NCBI GenBank assembly: GCA_028534125.1
Contig: CM052816.1
Location: forward strand, 91,576,001-91,640,000
Reading direction: 5' to 3'
DNA: 64,000 nucleotides
Origin: Lama glama
Taxonomy: Eukaryota
Shown here: positions 51,390 through 64,000 of the stretch, piece after piece
Layout of the letters: every line of letters starts with the position of its first letter
How positions within the stretch are numbered: position 1 is the first letter of the stretch
The notes under the pieces: model-generated
Told to the model about the DNA's origin: nothing
Database searches by the model: none
Seen by the model: the letters and a program-made list of their open reading frames with translations, nothing else
Translations under genes and position numbers: made by a program

Positions 51390-52110
51390 ACCATTCCCAT
51401 CACCCAAAGTACCACTTATCAATTCAGGGCATTTGCTGAGTTGTGCCCTCTCTTTGGAGGCTCCTCATGTTTCTTCCTTCAACTAGCAACTCCTTTCTCA
51501 TTCTTTAAACCTCTGTTCAAGACAGCACCCCTTTGAAAAGACAGAGGCACAGCCAGAGACTTCATCTTGAGTCCTACCTCCCCAGCCCGCCATGTGCTAG
51601 GTCAGATGCCCCTCCTCTGTGATCCATGGTACTCAGTGGTTACATGGTTAAACACTGCATTCACCATGTTTTATCACAGCCTAGTGTTTCTGAACACAAG
51701 CTCAGGAGTCAGTGTACCTCTGCTCAAATCCGGGCTCCTTTGTTTGCCAGCAGGGTCAGCTTCCTCATTTGTACAATGGACATACTATTACAAATCTACC
51801 TCGAGAGATGAGGATTCAATAGGCCAGTATATCTACAGCTTACAACAGCAAATCCTCAATGAGTGTGAGCTATTAATAGTGATTACCTGTACTTGCCTTT
51901 CACCCTTGATATCCTGGTTTGTTTATTTATTTATTTTTTCAGGACAAGACGTCTCTGTTATTGTACAGCCCTCACCTCTCACATACTGCCTGGCATCTAG
52001 TAAGTGTGATATACATCATAGCTAGACTGAACTTGTGAGAACAAGAAAATCTCAAAGCCATAGAATCCTAGAATTGGAAGTGTCTAAACATCAACATCTA
52101 GTTCCAAGTT
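51390..52110. mobile_element. Mosaic of L2 and MIR fragments
   Basis: L2-like tcagggcatttgct...ttctcattcttta; MIR-like gcttcctcatttgtacaatgg and catagaatcctagaattggaag. Confidence 0.5.
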
Positions 52111-54052
52111 CACACAGCAAGGAAGCACTCTATGTAGGCAGAGACAGATATTTTTTTCCAGGGAGGAAACAATTGAACATTTCAGATTCTACCCTTGACT
52201 GTAAACACAACCCCCTTAAATGGCACAGTCCTCATATAGCTTCTGACAAATAGCCGAAGGCTTCACATCCATGCGAGGTATTCAATTATAGTTTTCAACA
52301 GAAAGTGTAAATTACAGGATGCCTGATAAATCCATCCAGAAATACTAAGAAAAACAGATGGTATTTTCCAAATCTTATCGAATGATTCCCTTTCTCCTCA
52401 CTCACCAGGGTAGTTTTGTGCCAAATATAATGGAAAAGTAATTTGCTTGCCCCCGATCATTTACACACCCCAGAGGGAGGAGTAGTTGGACTAAGTAAGA
52501 TATATTGATTTCCCACACACTACTCTCTTCCTTCTCTGGGTGGTTAAAACAAAACAAAGTATTTGATTTCCTCCATTTTTCTACTGATGAAAGATGACAG
52601 ATCCAATAGTTGAGCTCACAAATGGAAATCTTTATTTTGTATGATTAGACTCTTTCTGTTTCCACTGTAACCAATCCAATATCAGAGAGATACTCCAAAG
52701 TCTGCAAGAACAGTGCTAAGAGAGCTACAACCTAGCATGGACTGATGGGACTTTTCACCATGATGTCATCTCCCTACCCACTCAAAGACCGAGCCAGCTT
52801 TGACCTTGATGAAACCGACAGGGCATACAGAGCAGAGAGGATGGGTTGTTTGTGCTTAGTGGTTTGTGTCCTAGATATCGCTTTAGTAAATTTTAAGCAT
52901 ATCCTTCACTAGTAAAAAGTGGACAGGTTATATGTCTTTTCGTGAATCAAGAACCTGCCTTAGAAGGAAGATCTTAGAGAGCTGTATACAGGAAAAATCT
53001 CTGGCTTCTGAGATTATTTATACATTTACTGTAGTTTATAGACTCATTTCCCCCCATTTAGCTATTTATTTCCATGACTATAACAATATACAAGTTCACA
53101 TTTACCCTTAGATAAGCTTAGCTCCCCCAAACTACATTAACTTCTTATTAGAAAAAGTTGAGAAGGAATTGAAACTGTCAGTCAAGAGACATGGTAAATA
53201 ATATTTATTCCATTCATTTAGATTTAGCCTTAAAAATTATCGTACACTAAGAGACTCATTGCGACTAAGACTCTCACTCTCAGGTGTAAGGGGTGGGGGG
53301 AAGTGTCCTTATGATGCAGAGCATGTATGAAATTATTGGAAAGATCCATTACTTCATCAATTCAAATAGATTCTGTTGCTGATAAAATGAGTTTTAGCCT
53401 CTTGGAGGACAGAGAAAGAGTCAAGTTCCCAAAAGGCTGTTTTCCTAAGCTCAGGTGCAACAGTGACCCAAGCACAGGCTATTGTGTGAGTCTAAGACAA
53501 AGTCTGCTTTCAACTCAGACTCCATTTTGCATGTGGACTGAAACAGGAAAAGAGGCCATTTATGCATCATTTTCAAACAGAACGTACTTGATGGACAAAA
53601 AATTCTCTAGACGGTGGTAAGACTCTCCAAATAGACAAGGGAATGCCAAGAAAAGGAGAGACTGTGAACTGGCTTGGCAACATGTTCTTCAGGAAGTGGC
53701 CGGGCATGTGTGTCCTTGCTGATTACACACATAATAGCTCCAATGCAATGCTCTATATCAAGAAAGGCTGTGTTTCAGAGCCACGTTTTTAAAACGAAAA
53801 AGATACAGCACTCTAGTCGAGCCCTTTTGGAAAGAGGCAGAGTAGCTACAGGAACAGAGAAGTTAAGCATCCAATGTGTTTGGGACAGAATTAAATTGTA
53901 CCCAAGGAAAAGGTGAGCAGGGCTCACAAGACATTCAAAGGGAAGATCCAGCATTGACCTACCGCTCCAGGATTTTCTACAAAAGGACTCAGGGAAAATA
54001 AAACTCAAAAGCATAGCTTATTAGGTGGGAAATCCGTATCTTTCTTTTCCAG

Positions 54053-54080
54053 AGCCCTGGAGGAGAAACGGCAGGAACAG
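54053..54080 (+). other. Candidate micro-exon D (28 nt)
   Basis: Acceptor tatctttcttttccag, donor CAG|GTAAGG; purine-rich body. Confidence 0.25.
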
Positions 54081-54756
54081 GTAAGGAGCAAATGGCCACA
54101 TGTAGATTTTAGGTTGTAACTAGGATATCTGAACCCTGATGATCATGGAAATGAGCTGGCTGCAATCCCCAGTTGATAGGGGAGAGAAAGGTGTGAGAAT
54201 TAAGTGAGATAATGCTTGAAAGCACTTGCTACAATTCCTAGCACATAAATTCTAAGAAAAAGTTATAATTCTGAATGGTCATATCAATAATTATAATAGA
54301 TGTCTGCTTTTTAAGAGGTCCTTCTACCTCTGTCATCTTGGAGATGACGTGGAGGGGATAACAGCTTATTTGGCTTTGAAAGTGGTTTCTCTGTGATCCT
54401 TCAAAAATCCAGGGCTGATGTGCCTGATTAGGGGCCCTTTCAAAGATATGTCCCTTTCTCTACGGAAGGTAATACAAAGAAACCATCAGATAGAAGCTAC
54501 TCTGCAAGAAAAGATACAAAAGAACCTAAAACATGGACTTCACACTTAGAGCCCAACTGGGGAAGAATATGGTATAATTTCTTTTCAACCTGGAATCACA
54601 TTTGTGCATCTCCCTTGAATTTGTTAATTCGAAGATTCCAGCTAGTTTCTTATCATTGCCCAATTGCTTTAACCTCTTTCTACAACCATTCTCACTACCC
54701 CTCAACATTTATGTAAAGTTTTCCTATGTTAAAAAGAATCATTACTCATTGAATTA

Positions 54757-54966
54757 AATACTAATATATGTAAAATAGATAAACAACAGGTTCATACTGT
54801 ATAGCACAGGGAATTATATTCAATATCTTATAGTAACTTATGGTGAAAAAGAATATGAAAATGAATATATGTATGTTCATGTATGACTGAAGCATTAGGC
54901 TGTATACCAGAAATTGACACAACATTGTCAACTGATGATACATATATATATATATATATATATATG
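54757..54966 (+). mobile_element. LINE-1 3' end with (TA)n tail
   Basis: aaaatagataaacaacaggttcatactgtatagcacaggg...ccagaaattgacacaacattgt then (TA)n. Confidence 0.9.
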
Positions 54967-55074
54967 TTCCTTTACATATATATTATTGTATAACAGTTTT
55001 TGTTGGTGATGACACTTTTCCATGATGTCACAGTACGTGAATATCTAGGATATCTAAGCTCTGATGTCTACAGG

Positions 55075-55280
55075 CAGAACTGCTGATGCTTAAGAAAGCA
55101 GGTCCCAGGACCAGACTGCTAGGGTTCAAATCCTCACTCCACTTCTACCTACCTAGCGTATCAGGCAAGATGACTAATCAGTTCATATCTCAGTTTTCTC
55201 ACCTGTATAATGGAGACAATAAGAGTACTTCATTCATAAGAGAACTGAATGAGCTAATACCTACTAAGTTCTGAGAACAG
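55075..55280 (+). mobile_element. MIR SINE
   Basis: gggttcaaatcctcactccactt...tctcagttttctcacctgtataatggag. Confidence 0.75.
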
Positions 55281-56331
55281 GTAAGACACAAGCAGAAAGA
55301 TTTTAATGAACTTTAAGTTTTTATAGGTAAATAGAATTCAGACACTCTGTCCTAATAATATTAATAGTCTCATTTCAAGAGATTAAAAACAAAATTAACA
55401 TGGAAAAATTTTGCATTTTGAATTAGTAAGTGATTTGTTCTAATTCATTCATTCATCTATCCGCTTATTCACCAAATGTTTACGAAACTTAACTACAATG
55501 TCTCTTTCAGATACAATGAAAAGAAGAAAAATTGATGCTAAATTTTAATAGGCAGGTCAAGAAAGGAATCACACACTGCATTCACTTTATATATAGGTGG
55601 CTTTTTACAAATCACAAATCAAAGGATAAGATGTAGGAGTTGGTCAAAGCTATAAAGGGTTTTTAATACACAGAAGAATTGCTTGCATAAACCATACATC
55701 AGTGGAGTTCATCAAACTGCACCTTACTGGAGCAATAATTTATACATTCAGTTTTAGGAATAGTCCCCAAAACATATTCAATCTTGGCAACAGTCATTTT
55801 GGATTTACTTTTCCAGAAGAGAAAATAATTCCAGGCAACAGAATTTGAAAACATTAACCCCTAGCTTTTGTTTCCTCTTGAATAGCCAAGGATTCAGTGC
55901 TCCTGAAAAATACAGTTTGAAATAACAACAAAACCCCTAGGGTTTCTGGAGAAGAGATAGGGACCCCTTTGTCATGAAACAAATTTTGGGCTCTCAGCCA
56001 CAATGGAATCCTGCAGTTGCCTTAGAAAGCTTTATTTTTGACTTAGAGTTCACTCTTGGTTAAATAATTCCATGAAACATGCATCTGTGCACACACATAC
56101 ACACAACCATCCCAGTTTCAGAGTGTTGTGCCTGCCATATTGAGTTTCCTTTAAGAATGGAAAACATTAACTAACTGAGGTAGCCCAGATGATGTAAGGA
56201 GCTGGAAATCCTTCTAAATTATCAGTGAAAGATTAAACTATTCCAAATAATTCAAGGACTGTAACTTTACATGCAACACTGTAGACTCACCAGAGAATTT
56301 TTGTCAGATACATTTCTAGAAGCACAATTGC

Positions 56332-56958
56332 TGTACTAGTCACCTATTGCTGTGTAACAAGTAATCACAAACCTGGTGGCTGTAAGCAACACCATGCATG
56401 ATTTTATAGTTCTGGTGGTTCAGGAGTTTTGGTTGGGTCCTCTGCTCAGGGTCTTCCAAGGCTGCAATCAAGGTGTTTGCTGAACTGTGTCCTTTCTGGA
56501 GCTCAGGGTCCTCTTCCAAGCTGACATGGTAGTTGGAAGAATTCAGTTCCTTGTGGTGGTAAAATTTGTTCTCTTGCTGGCTGTTCACTGGGTGCTGTTC
56601 TCAGCTCCTATAGGTCACCTGCAGTTCCTTGCCATGTGGCCCCCTTACAATATGATAATTTACTTCAAGGCCAGAAGGAGAATCCCTTTCTTGGGGAAGA
56701 AGCCAGTCTTTTCTTTAAGGGCTTTCGCCTAATTAGGTCAGGCACAAGTAGGATGATCTCCCTTTGGTTAAATCAAGAATAACTGACTTAAGGTCTTAAT
56801 TACACAATCCCTTCATCTTTACTATATACTGCAGCCTAATCAAGAGAGTGAACTCCCACTGTGTACACAGGTCCTGCTGGCACCCAAGGGAGGGAGACAA
56901 GCAGAGCTTGTACACAGACGCAGGGATCTTGCAGACCATCTTAGAATTCTGCCTAGTG
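56332..56958 (-). mobile_element. MLT1E-like MaLR solo LTR
   Basis: tgtactagtcacctattgctgtgtaacaa...gggtcctctgctcaggg...agaattcagttccttg...ccatcttagaattctgccta. Confidence 0.88.
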
Positions 56959-56983
56959 CCCTGGGCTAAAGAATATTTACCTT

Positions 56984-57472
56984 GTCAAGGTATGGAAGCA
57001 ACCTAAGTGTCCATCAACAGACAAATGGATAAAGAAGATAGGAGATATATACAGAATGGAATACTATTCAGTCATAAAAAGAAGTCCTACCATCTGCAAC
57101 AACATGGATGGACTTGGAGGGTATTCTGCTAACTGAAATAAGCCAAAGAAAGGCAAAATACTGTATAATATCACTTATATGTAGAATCTAAAAAATACAG
57201 CAAACTAGTGAATAAAACAAAAAAGAAGCTGACTCAAAGATTTAGAGAATGAACTTGTGGTTACCAGTGGGGGAGAAGGAAGGAAGGAGGGGCAATACAG
57301 GGGTAGGGGGGAAAAAGGGTTATTATGGGATTATATGAAATCATGAGTGTAAAACTTTTGAAAATTGTAAAGCACTACAGAATTTAAAGAATCATTCAAT
57401 AAAAAATTAATACAGTTCTAATTCACAAAACATCAAAAAATAAAAATAAATATATATTTTTTTTAATTTAAA
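56984..57472 (+). mobile_element. LINE-1 3' end with TSD
   Basis: tatggaagcaacctaagtgtccatcaacag...aacatggatggacttggaggg; TSD aaagaatatttacctt (56968-56983) vs aaagaatattcacttt (57473-57488); G4 motif at 57289-57319. Confidence 0.9.
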
Positions 57473-57488
57473 AAAGAATATTCACTTT

Positions 57489-57850
57489 AAAAATTTGGAT
57501 CCATTCTGTCAAATTGTTCTGCAAAGAGGCTGGAACAATTACAAGTCCATTAGCAGTGTATCAACCTGCTGTTGATTTTAATCAACATTCAAGATAATAA
57601 GTCCTTTAACTTTTTTCCAATCTGGTAAAAGAAAAATTTTGTATTGTAGTTTCAACTTCTATTTCTTTGGAGAAGGACTTGAGTATAATTTCATGTGCTT
57701 ACACATCTTTTGTGAATTACTTTTTCATATCCTTTGCTTTGCTTTCTTTTTAAATTGGATTTTTTTTCATGCTGACTTATAAGAGCTATTTCTGTTTTAG
57801 AGAACAAAATCCTTTCTCTGTTTTTAGGTGTTGTGACTATTTTTCTTCCT
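57489..57850 (-). mobile_element. Old L1M fragment
   Basis: caaattgttctgcaaagaggctg...tttgtgaattactttttcatatcctttgc. Confidence 0.6.
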
Positions 57851-57922
57851 CTCTTCTATTTTTTGAACTTTTTCTCCTTTTCTCCCTTCTTTCTACTCAT
57901 GTAGAAGGTTTTAAAGCAAATG

Positions 57923-58004
57923 TATTATAGGCTATTGCAAGATATTAAATATAGTTCCCTGTGCTATACAGAAGAGATTTCTTGTTTATTTTATATATAG
58001 TAGT
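57923..58004 (-). mobile_element. LINE-1 3'UTR fragment
   Basis: taggctattgcaagatattaaatatagttccctgtgctatacag. Confidence 0.75.
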
Positions 58005-60484
58005 AAAACAAACATATAATAGAAAACCAAAAACAATCTGTGTCCATCAACTTTGAACAAATTGAATACACTGATGGAATACTCTTGAAACATTAGAAAA
58101 GTGAGTTCGATGTGGATGGCTGATATTTATAAGACATGGGCACAGAGAAAAGACTCCACTATTTCAATTAGCAGAAAAGCAAGTTAAAGAATAAGATCCA
58201 TAATTGTGATCCCAAGCTTGATAAAAAGTTTGTTGTATGACTATTTAAATAATTGTATATTTATAGAAAACTGTCTAGCATGATGCAATCAAGATCCAGT
58301 AACACACCAGAGAGGGTATATCTGGAGAACTGGATAAGGCACTGGGCTGTGGCTTTCTACTTCATTCACTTCTATTTATATTCTTTCATTTAATTTTACA
58401 ATAAGTAATCTTCGATTTTATATTTACAAAGAAGATAAGGAACAAGCTAATAGTATTTACTCCACTTTAAATAGGAAATGCTGCATTCTACTGTGTCTTA
58501 GTTATTTGAGTATTCTTAATTATACTTTTTTTTCCATTTGAGGGATATTCATTTAGCAATAGGAGCTTTTTCATTTCTTTACTCCTGGTGGGTTAGTCCT
58601 AATTTTCCTAGTTGGCAAGAGGAGTTAACTGGGTCTCAGTGAGTCTGCAACTTGGCTGGCCAGTGGTCAGGGGGTTGGCTAGTTCGTTGGGAAAGTGGGC
58701 CTGTAACCCAGATGCTCAAAATCTTATTAGAATATTGATTCTAAACTGTCCCCTACAAATGGAAGCTTACTGTGTGCATCTCACGTTGGACTGGGCTGGT
58801 GCGTGTGCAGAAAAAAACAATTAGAAGCTCTCAGTCGATTCACCACTTCAGGCAGGCACACTATACAAGAACAAAAAGAAAATCATCCCCCAATTTGTCC
58901 CCTTAAGTTGAAAGAACCCATTTCTCAGAATGACTTATTTTCCCATAGTAGATTGAATTCAGAGGAAGTCAGCGCCATCAGCTACCAAAACGCCCAGAAG
59001 AGGAGATAGGAAGTGGTCCAGCCGGCTGGTCGGCTTGGCGTCTGGGAGCACAGCAGGAATGCTAGTGTCTAAGCGGGAGGTCAGTGTGTCCAGCCCAAGG
59101 GAAGGAGGGAACAGATGGATCCTGAGGTGGCTGCAGGAAAAAGACCTTTTCCTATAGAGTCCCAAGCCATTTCGGCTTTCTTATATTTGTGACTCATTGT
59201 TACTTCTGAAGTCTTTTTTCTAAAGTGGGAGGAGGTTTTGCCTAATTTTGTGAGTGACTACGATTTATTCCTTCTGATAAAAATAATGCCTTTGATCTCC
59301 AATGGATGCCAAGCACTGGTCCCCTTCTGCGGCCCACCTGCTTGGGCCCTCTCCATCTCCCCATGTGCCCTGATGTAGGCACCCCTTCCTAGGGTTTGGT
59401 GGCTCCTATGCCTGCAGCATTTTCCCCTGGGACCTGGTGATGCTGTCTGGAGGGTGGGGACCCCGGAGGAACTGGAGAAAATATTCTCCTTCCCCAGTCC
59501 TGCCCTTTCCTCCTCATTCAGCACCATCCTACGGCCACTGTGCCCCCAACTCTCCGCCAGCATGAAGGAGAGATGGTCCAGCCGTCCTGCCTGGCTTTCC
59601 TCTTCTGCTCAAGGGGAATGGCCCCCACCAATGCCCAGAGTTACTGTGGCAGGTGGGGGGCCGGTCTGACTCCATAAATGTCTCTGTCGTACTTGGAGCC
59701 ACTTCAACTCCTCTCACAGTGGATTTGCAGGCTCTAGAAAGACGGCAGGACTTGCTCGCTCTGCAGCTAAGTGAAAGCAGACCTCTGATGTAAGCAGTAG
59801 AGGTAATGCTTCCCCTTCCTGGGCACCGAACGGAAAGGACCAAAGAAAAATAAAAGGCCAATCTGTATGTAATTAAAAGCATCTACTGGCAATTGCTTTT
59901 TTCCTCCTGTTGAAACAGTAGAAATCCAAATTTTCCACCTTCTCAGGCTCTCCCGCCTCCAGTCCAAATTGCTGTAGGTGGGAGTGGTGTCTGTAGGCAG
60001 TGCTGGCTAAGATAGACTGACCTATCAAAGAAACGAAGAGGTTTTTAAATTAAAACAAAAAAATTTTTTTTAACATATGGCATTTCTCCAGAGCAGTAGT
60101 TACTAAATTTTTTAGCCTAATCTTTGGAAAATATATATATTTTTGCTGCCACTGTGCATAGATTCTTCTTTAAAGATTATTCCTATGACACCGTCTTGAG
60201 ATTTAAATTAACTTTAAGATTTTAAAACTTAGACAAAAAAAGACAATTATTCAGCAGTTTGCAATGTTCTGAATTCGGAGAAATTCTGGAGAGCTTTACA
60301 ATCCTCTTTTAAACTTCTGTTCATTAGATACAGGAATTTGGGGAAAGCAACTTGTGGATATTCCTCTGGCTCCTGAAAACTGCTGTTCTTTGCATTCTTA
60401 GGATGTGGGACTTTATCATATTTGTAACTGATTTGGTCATAACCAATCAACCACATAAAAGGAAAGAGTCGTATGATTTTACTC

Positions 60485-60680
60485 ATTTAAGTATTTTCTG
60501 AGTTCCTACTATATGGTAGGGATACAGCAGAGGGAAAAAAGAGGCAAAATCCCTAACCTTAGGGAACTTTCATTTGAGTTGAGAAAGACAGACAGACAGA
60601 CAGACAATAAGCCAATAAACACATAAACATATGTGCATGAAAAGTATCATGAAGTAAAAAGGAGAGTAATAAGGGCAGAT
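60485..60680 (-). mobile_element. LINE-2 3' fragment with (GACA)n
   Basis: tattttctgagttcctactat...gggatacagcag...ggcaaaatccct..cctt. Confidence 0.6.
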
Positions 60681-60936
60681 AAAAATGAGCAATTTATTTG
60701 AAATTGAGCATCTTCCAAGAAGAGGAGAATATATTTTTTTAACAGAAGCAAAAGCTTATTAGAATCATATCATTTTTATAGAATACACACATTTCTTAGT
60801 GCTATACATATGTAGGAAATTTGAGGAAAATGGACAAAAAAGAAATTTCCTGAGAATTGTATAAAGCATTACCTAGAAAAATGAGGTCAATGTAAGGATG
60901 TTTCAAAACATATTCTTCTATTAGTAGAGGTACTTT

Positions 60937-60988
60937 TTTTTTTAACATTTTTTATTGATTTATAATCATTTTACAATGTTGTGTCAAA
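60937..60988 (-). mobile_element. 52-bp 5'-truncated young LINE-1 insertion
   Basis: tttttttaacattttttattgatttataatcattttacaatgttgtgtcaaa between perfect 14-bp TSDs agtagaggtacttt (60923-60936 and 60989-61002). Confidence 0.88.
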
Positions 60989-62229
60989 AGTAGAGGTACT
61001 TTCATAGTCTTTTTGTTTTCTTTTCAAATCTTTGGTAGAAAAGTAAGGGATAGCTTAAAGAGGCTATAATTATTATCTTACTTGTTTCACTGAAAAACAA
61101 TTGTTTATAAAATGCATTTTTCTTTGCATTAATTAATTACATCATTAAACAATGCATCAATTTGCCATAAATCATTTGCAAGAGTTATGGCAACAAAAAC
61201 TATTCTCACTAGTTAACCCACTGAAGCTACTAATTCGCCCGCACTGTCCATTCCATTTAGAAACAGCCTCCTGTCCACAGTCCATCTAAACCTCCCTTCA
61301 GCAAATTCCTACGATTTCAGCAGGGCCGGATGGGACTTCCAAAGAACACTAGTTCCCTGAGATGAAGATAACAACAAATGTCATTTTACAAAAGGGTCTA
61401 TAGTGTATCAGGCTTGGAAAGAGAACTTAAGGAAAGCTCTCTCTTAGTCTTCATGTATCAGTATCTATCAAAAGTTAACAAGTAGAAATGATATGCAGAA
61501 TTTTCAAAATTATTTAAAAACAGAGTAATTTTTGATAGCATAATTTAAGAGAGAAATAGTCTAGCAAAAACATTTTGAGAAACTATGAGTTAACATAAGT
61601 CCCACTGATTCTTTTGGGGTTTTATATCACCCCCACCACAAAAGAGAACTGGCTTCCTTAAGAAATGTGTAATTAGGAAAATTTTTTAAAAAATTGGTTT
61701 TAATGAGGAGGGCTTTTAAAAGCTTTGTACTTATTCTAAGGTATCTCCTCAAGTCTAATCTCAGTAGGACACAGGAGACAATTAAAAAAAAAAAACAAAT
61801 TAAACCCCTCTCAAAATAACAACAAAAAACCAAGATTCACAGCAGAGGAACCCTGAGTAGCACAGCAAGGCATACAGTACTCATGGAAAACAAGTTTTTT
61901 TTTTTTAAGTAAGAAAATCATGGTGAAGGAAAAACAAAGAAAGCAAAAAAGATATGTATGAGGAAGTTATGGGTAAAAGCAGCTCATCAAGGGCATGCTG
62001 GAAATAGCTATATAAGATTCATGGGGTCTATGTGTTTTAAACAAACAAGAAAAAACAAATATGTAATTATAATTATTTACTAATAGTTACTGTTGTCAAC
62101 ATACCTATAGACAAGAGTCATCTCTGTCTATAGACTTTAAGGGGAACATCAGGGTTCAAAATAATTTTCCACTCAATTTTCATCCTTAATTTTTAAGTAG
62201 TTGAAACTCTTAAATGTGCATTAGAAAGT

Positions 62230-62520
62230 GTAGTGTGAGAAAAAACAGGGGGGTCCAGAAAGACTCTCCAAGGACGATGCACATTTTAAATGTGTAGTCG
62301 AGGGAGAAGAGAAGTCAGTAGAAGACAGTCTAGGCTCTGGGAGGAGAGAAAGACCCAGAAACCATGGGGTAAAAAAAGCATTTCAAGAAGGGCTGGGGTT
62401 ATCAGTGCCAAAGGTAGCAGACATACACTGAGGTAAAGATACAAATATTGCAGCTTTTAAACATTTCAGCATTGAAGACAGTCTCAGTGGAACCACTCAT
62501 GGTGGGCTTGCCTAACTTCC
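62230..62520 (-). mobile_element. LINE-2 fragment
   Basis: acattttaaa...gagaagtcagtagaagac...agcatttcaagaaggg...tcagtgccaaa. Confidence 0.55.
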
Positions 62521-63809
62521 TAACGTGGGGAGTGCGCTGGCTGGGCCGGTCTGGGGCTGCAGCAGGTGAAGCGCACCCATATGCCTTTCCCACACTCCAA
62601 CACGCAGGACGAACAGTTGTTTTTCTTCATGGCCTTAGAAACGTCATGAGACATTAGTATTTGCTCCCAAACAAAGCTCACTTGTCCATTTATCCTCCTT
62701 TTGCTTTGCACTGAGTGATTAAGTTTCAAAACTTTCTCTTAAGATAAAGCTACTGCTGATCCCAGAGCGATACAAACAGCCACCGAGGATGGAGTCTGCA
62801 TCCAGGAATCCACAGCCCTAAGAGCTGCCACTGTCAGATGCCGACCTCAGATTCCTGACTTCCTACCAAGTCAGTTTCGAGGAAGATGCCTTGTGTTCTG
62901 GGTCTTCGACCACCTTGACTTGTAGCCATCCTCAGCTCTTATAATAGCTTAACACTACTCATCGTCACAGTAATAACCAAAAGGGAAGCGATTAGGTAAT
63001 AGATTTTCTACAGAGGGTGGTCTAAATCAGCTCTATTGAGATTTTGGCTCAATTCTCCTTTGCTGGATTCAATCTAAGCATGCTTGCCTTAAATGTCAAT
63101 TGTAACCAAACATAAATGTCTTGTTAAAACAAGTTTATCGTCACTAAACTTAACTGTGGTCTCTGATTAGCTGTTTTGAATTTAAATTAAGTGTATTTAT
63201 GGTTGTTTTTCCTTTTGATGATACGTCAGCAACATATGGGCAGAACTATGTGTCTCAGATCTTTTAAAAATGCCCTAGAATTTCTCCTGTGAAGTTTGAA
63301 AGAACAGGTGTCACAGTAAATTTTTTCCAACATACGCAGTTAAAGATAAATTGAGTGTTTACTGCTTTATGAAAAGATTCTTTATGAAAGGAATAACTAT
63401 AAATTTCTAATAAGAAACAACTGTCTAATTTTATAAAATAATGTTATTCACAGTATTTCAATTTATGTTATAGTTTGGGTATTTGTCTGTTAGCACAAGT
63501 GAGAGACCCAAACCTGCAAAGTCTGAATGCCTCAGCACCTTCTTACAAGTGAAGTAGCAGAAGAAGCCAAGGACTCACAAGATGTCCAAGAGGAGGACCA
63601 GCCTCGACAAAGGATGAAGATACAGTGGACAGCTGACTTATCCCAATTCTCCTCATAAAGTTCCTCTCAAAGGTTCCATCATAATATAGGACGTAGATAG
63701 CCATAGTGTTTGATTGACAGGAGGCTCCAAGCTGACAGAGGCCAGGTCACATGGCTCTCTGCTCCAAAACTTGCAGGGTGCCTTGGGCTAACCAGGGGAG
63801 GACATGTCA

Positions 63810-64000
63810 CATGATCTGGCTGCTCATTCCTCTAGAACCCAGTTCTTATAACTCTTCGTCTTTTCCATATAGCTCAGGCACACAGTTTCTCACTATTCCT
63901 TGAATATACCAGGCTTAACTCCCACTTAGAAGCTTGGCACGACCCGTTGCCTTTGTTAGAATGCCCTCATCATAAATATCTACATGGCTCACTCCTTATC
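63810..64000 (+). mobile_element. LINE-2 fragment
   Basis: tctcactattccttgaatataccaggc...gaatgccctc...acatggctcactcctt. Confidence 0.6.

Noticed and set aside
13624..60722. Scattered TTCYNRGAA STAT5-type sites (for example 13624, 27568, 32251, 36604, 60714)
   Set aside because: They are isolated and occur at about the frequency expected in AT-rich DNA.
1..64000. Six-frame ORFs (60-167 aa) as protein-coding genes
   Set aside because: They are short, many start at non-ATG codons, they overlap on both strands, and many lie in repeats. None resembles a protein I recognise except the L1 ORF2 remnants at 23353-23604 and 49675-49917.
1..64000. CRISPR arrays, operons or prokaryotic defence systems
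   Set aside because: The sequence is mammalian and has no regularly spaced repeat-spacer structure or gene-dense coding.

Overview
Mammalian (eutherian) non-coding genomic DNA, most likely camelid (Camelus/Vicugna). The call rests on a tRNA-Ala-derived SINE at 43780, the type of L1 3' ends, and the absence of any Alu, B1/B2, BovB/Bov-tA or PRE1 that I could recognise. The window is AT-rich and looks like a gene desert or a large intron. I recognise no protein-coding gene, and the only ORFs with identifiable homology are LINE-1 ORF2 C-terminal remnants. The interpretable content is mostly transposon fossils: L1, L2, MIR, MLT1/MaLR, ERVL and ERV1 solo LTRs, and hAT-Charlie and Tigger DNA elements. 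Repeat-poor stretches between them contain enhancer-like motif clusters. Repeat family names come from my recollection of consensus sequences and have not been checked with RepeatMasker. I found no convincing new biological system. The best leads are: (i) four short plus-strand exon candidates with strong splice signals that join in one open frame; (ii) an ERV1 solo LTR with a TATA box, no AATAAA, and a consensus splice donor just downstream; (iii) a diverged ~170 bp local duplication of unassigned sequence; (iv) two 5'-inverted (twin-primed) L1 insertions; and (v) a 52-bp young L1 insertion with a perfect 14-bp target-site duplication (TSD).
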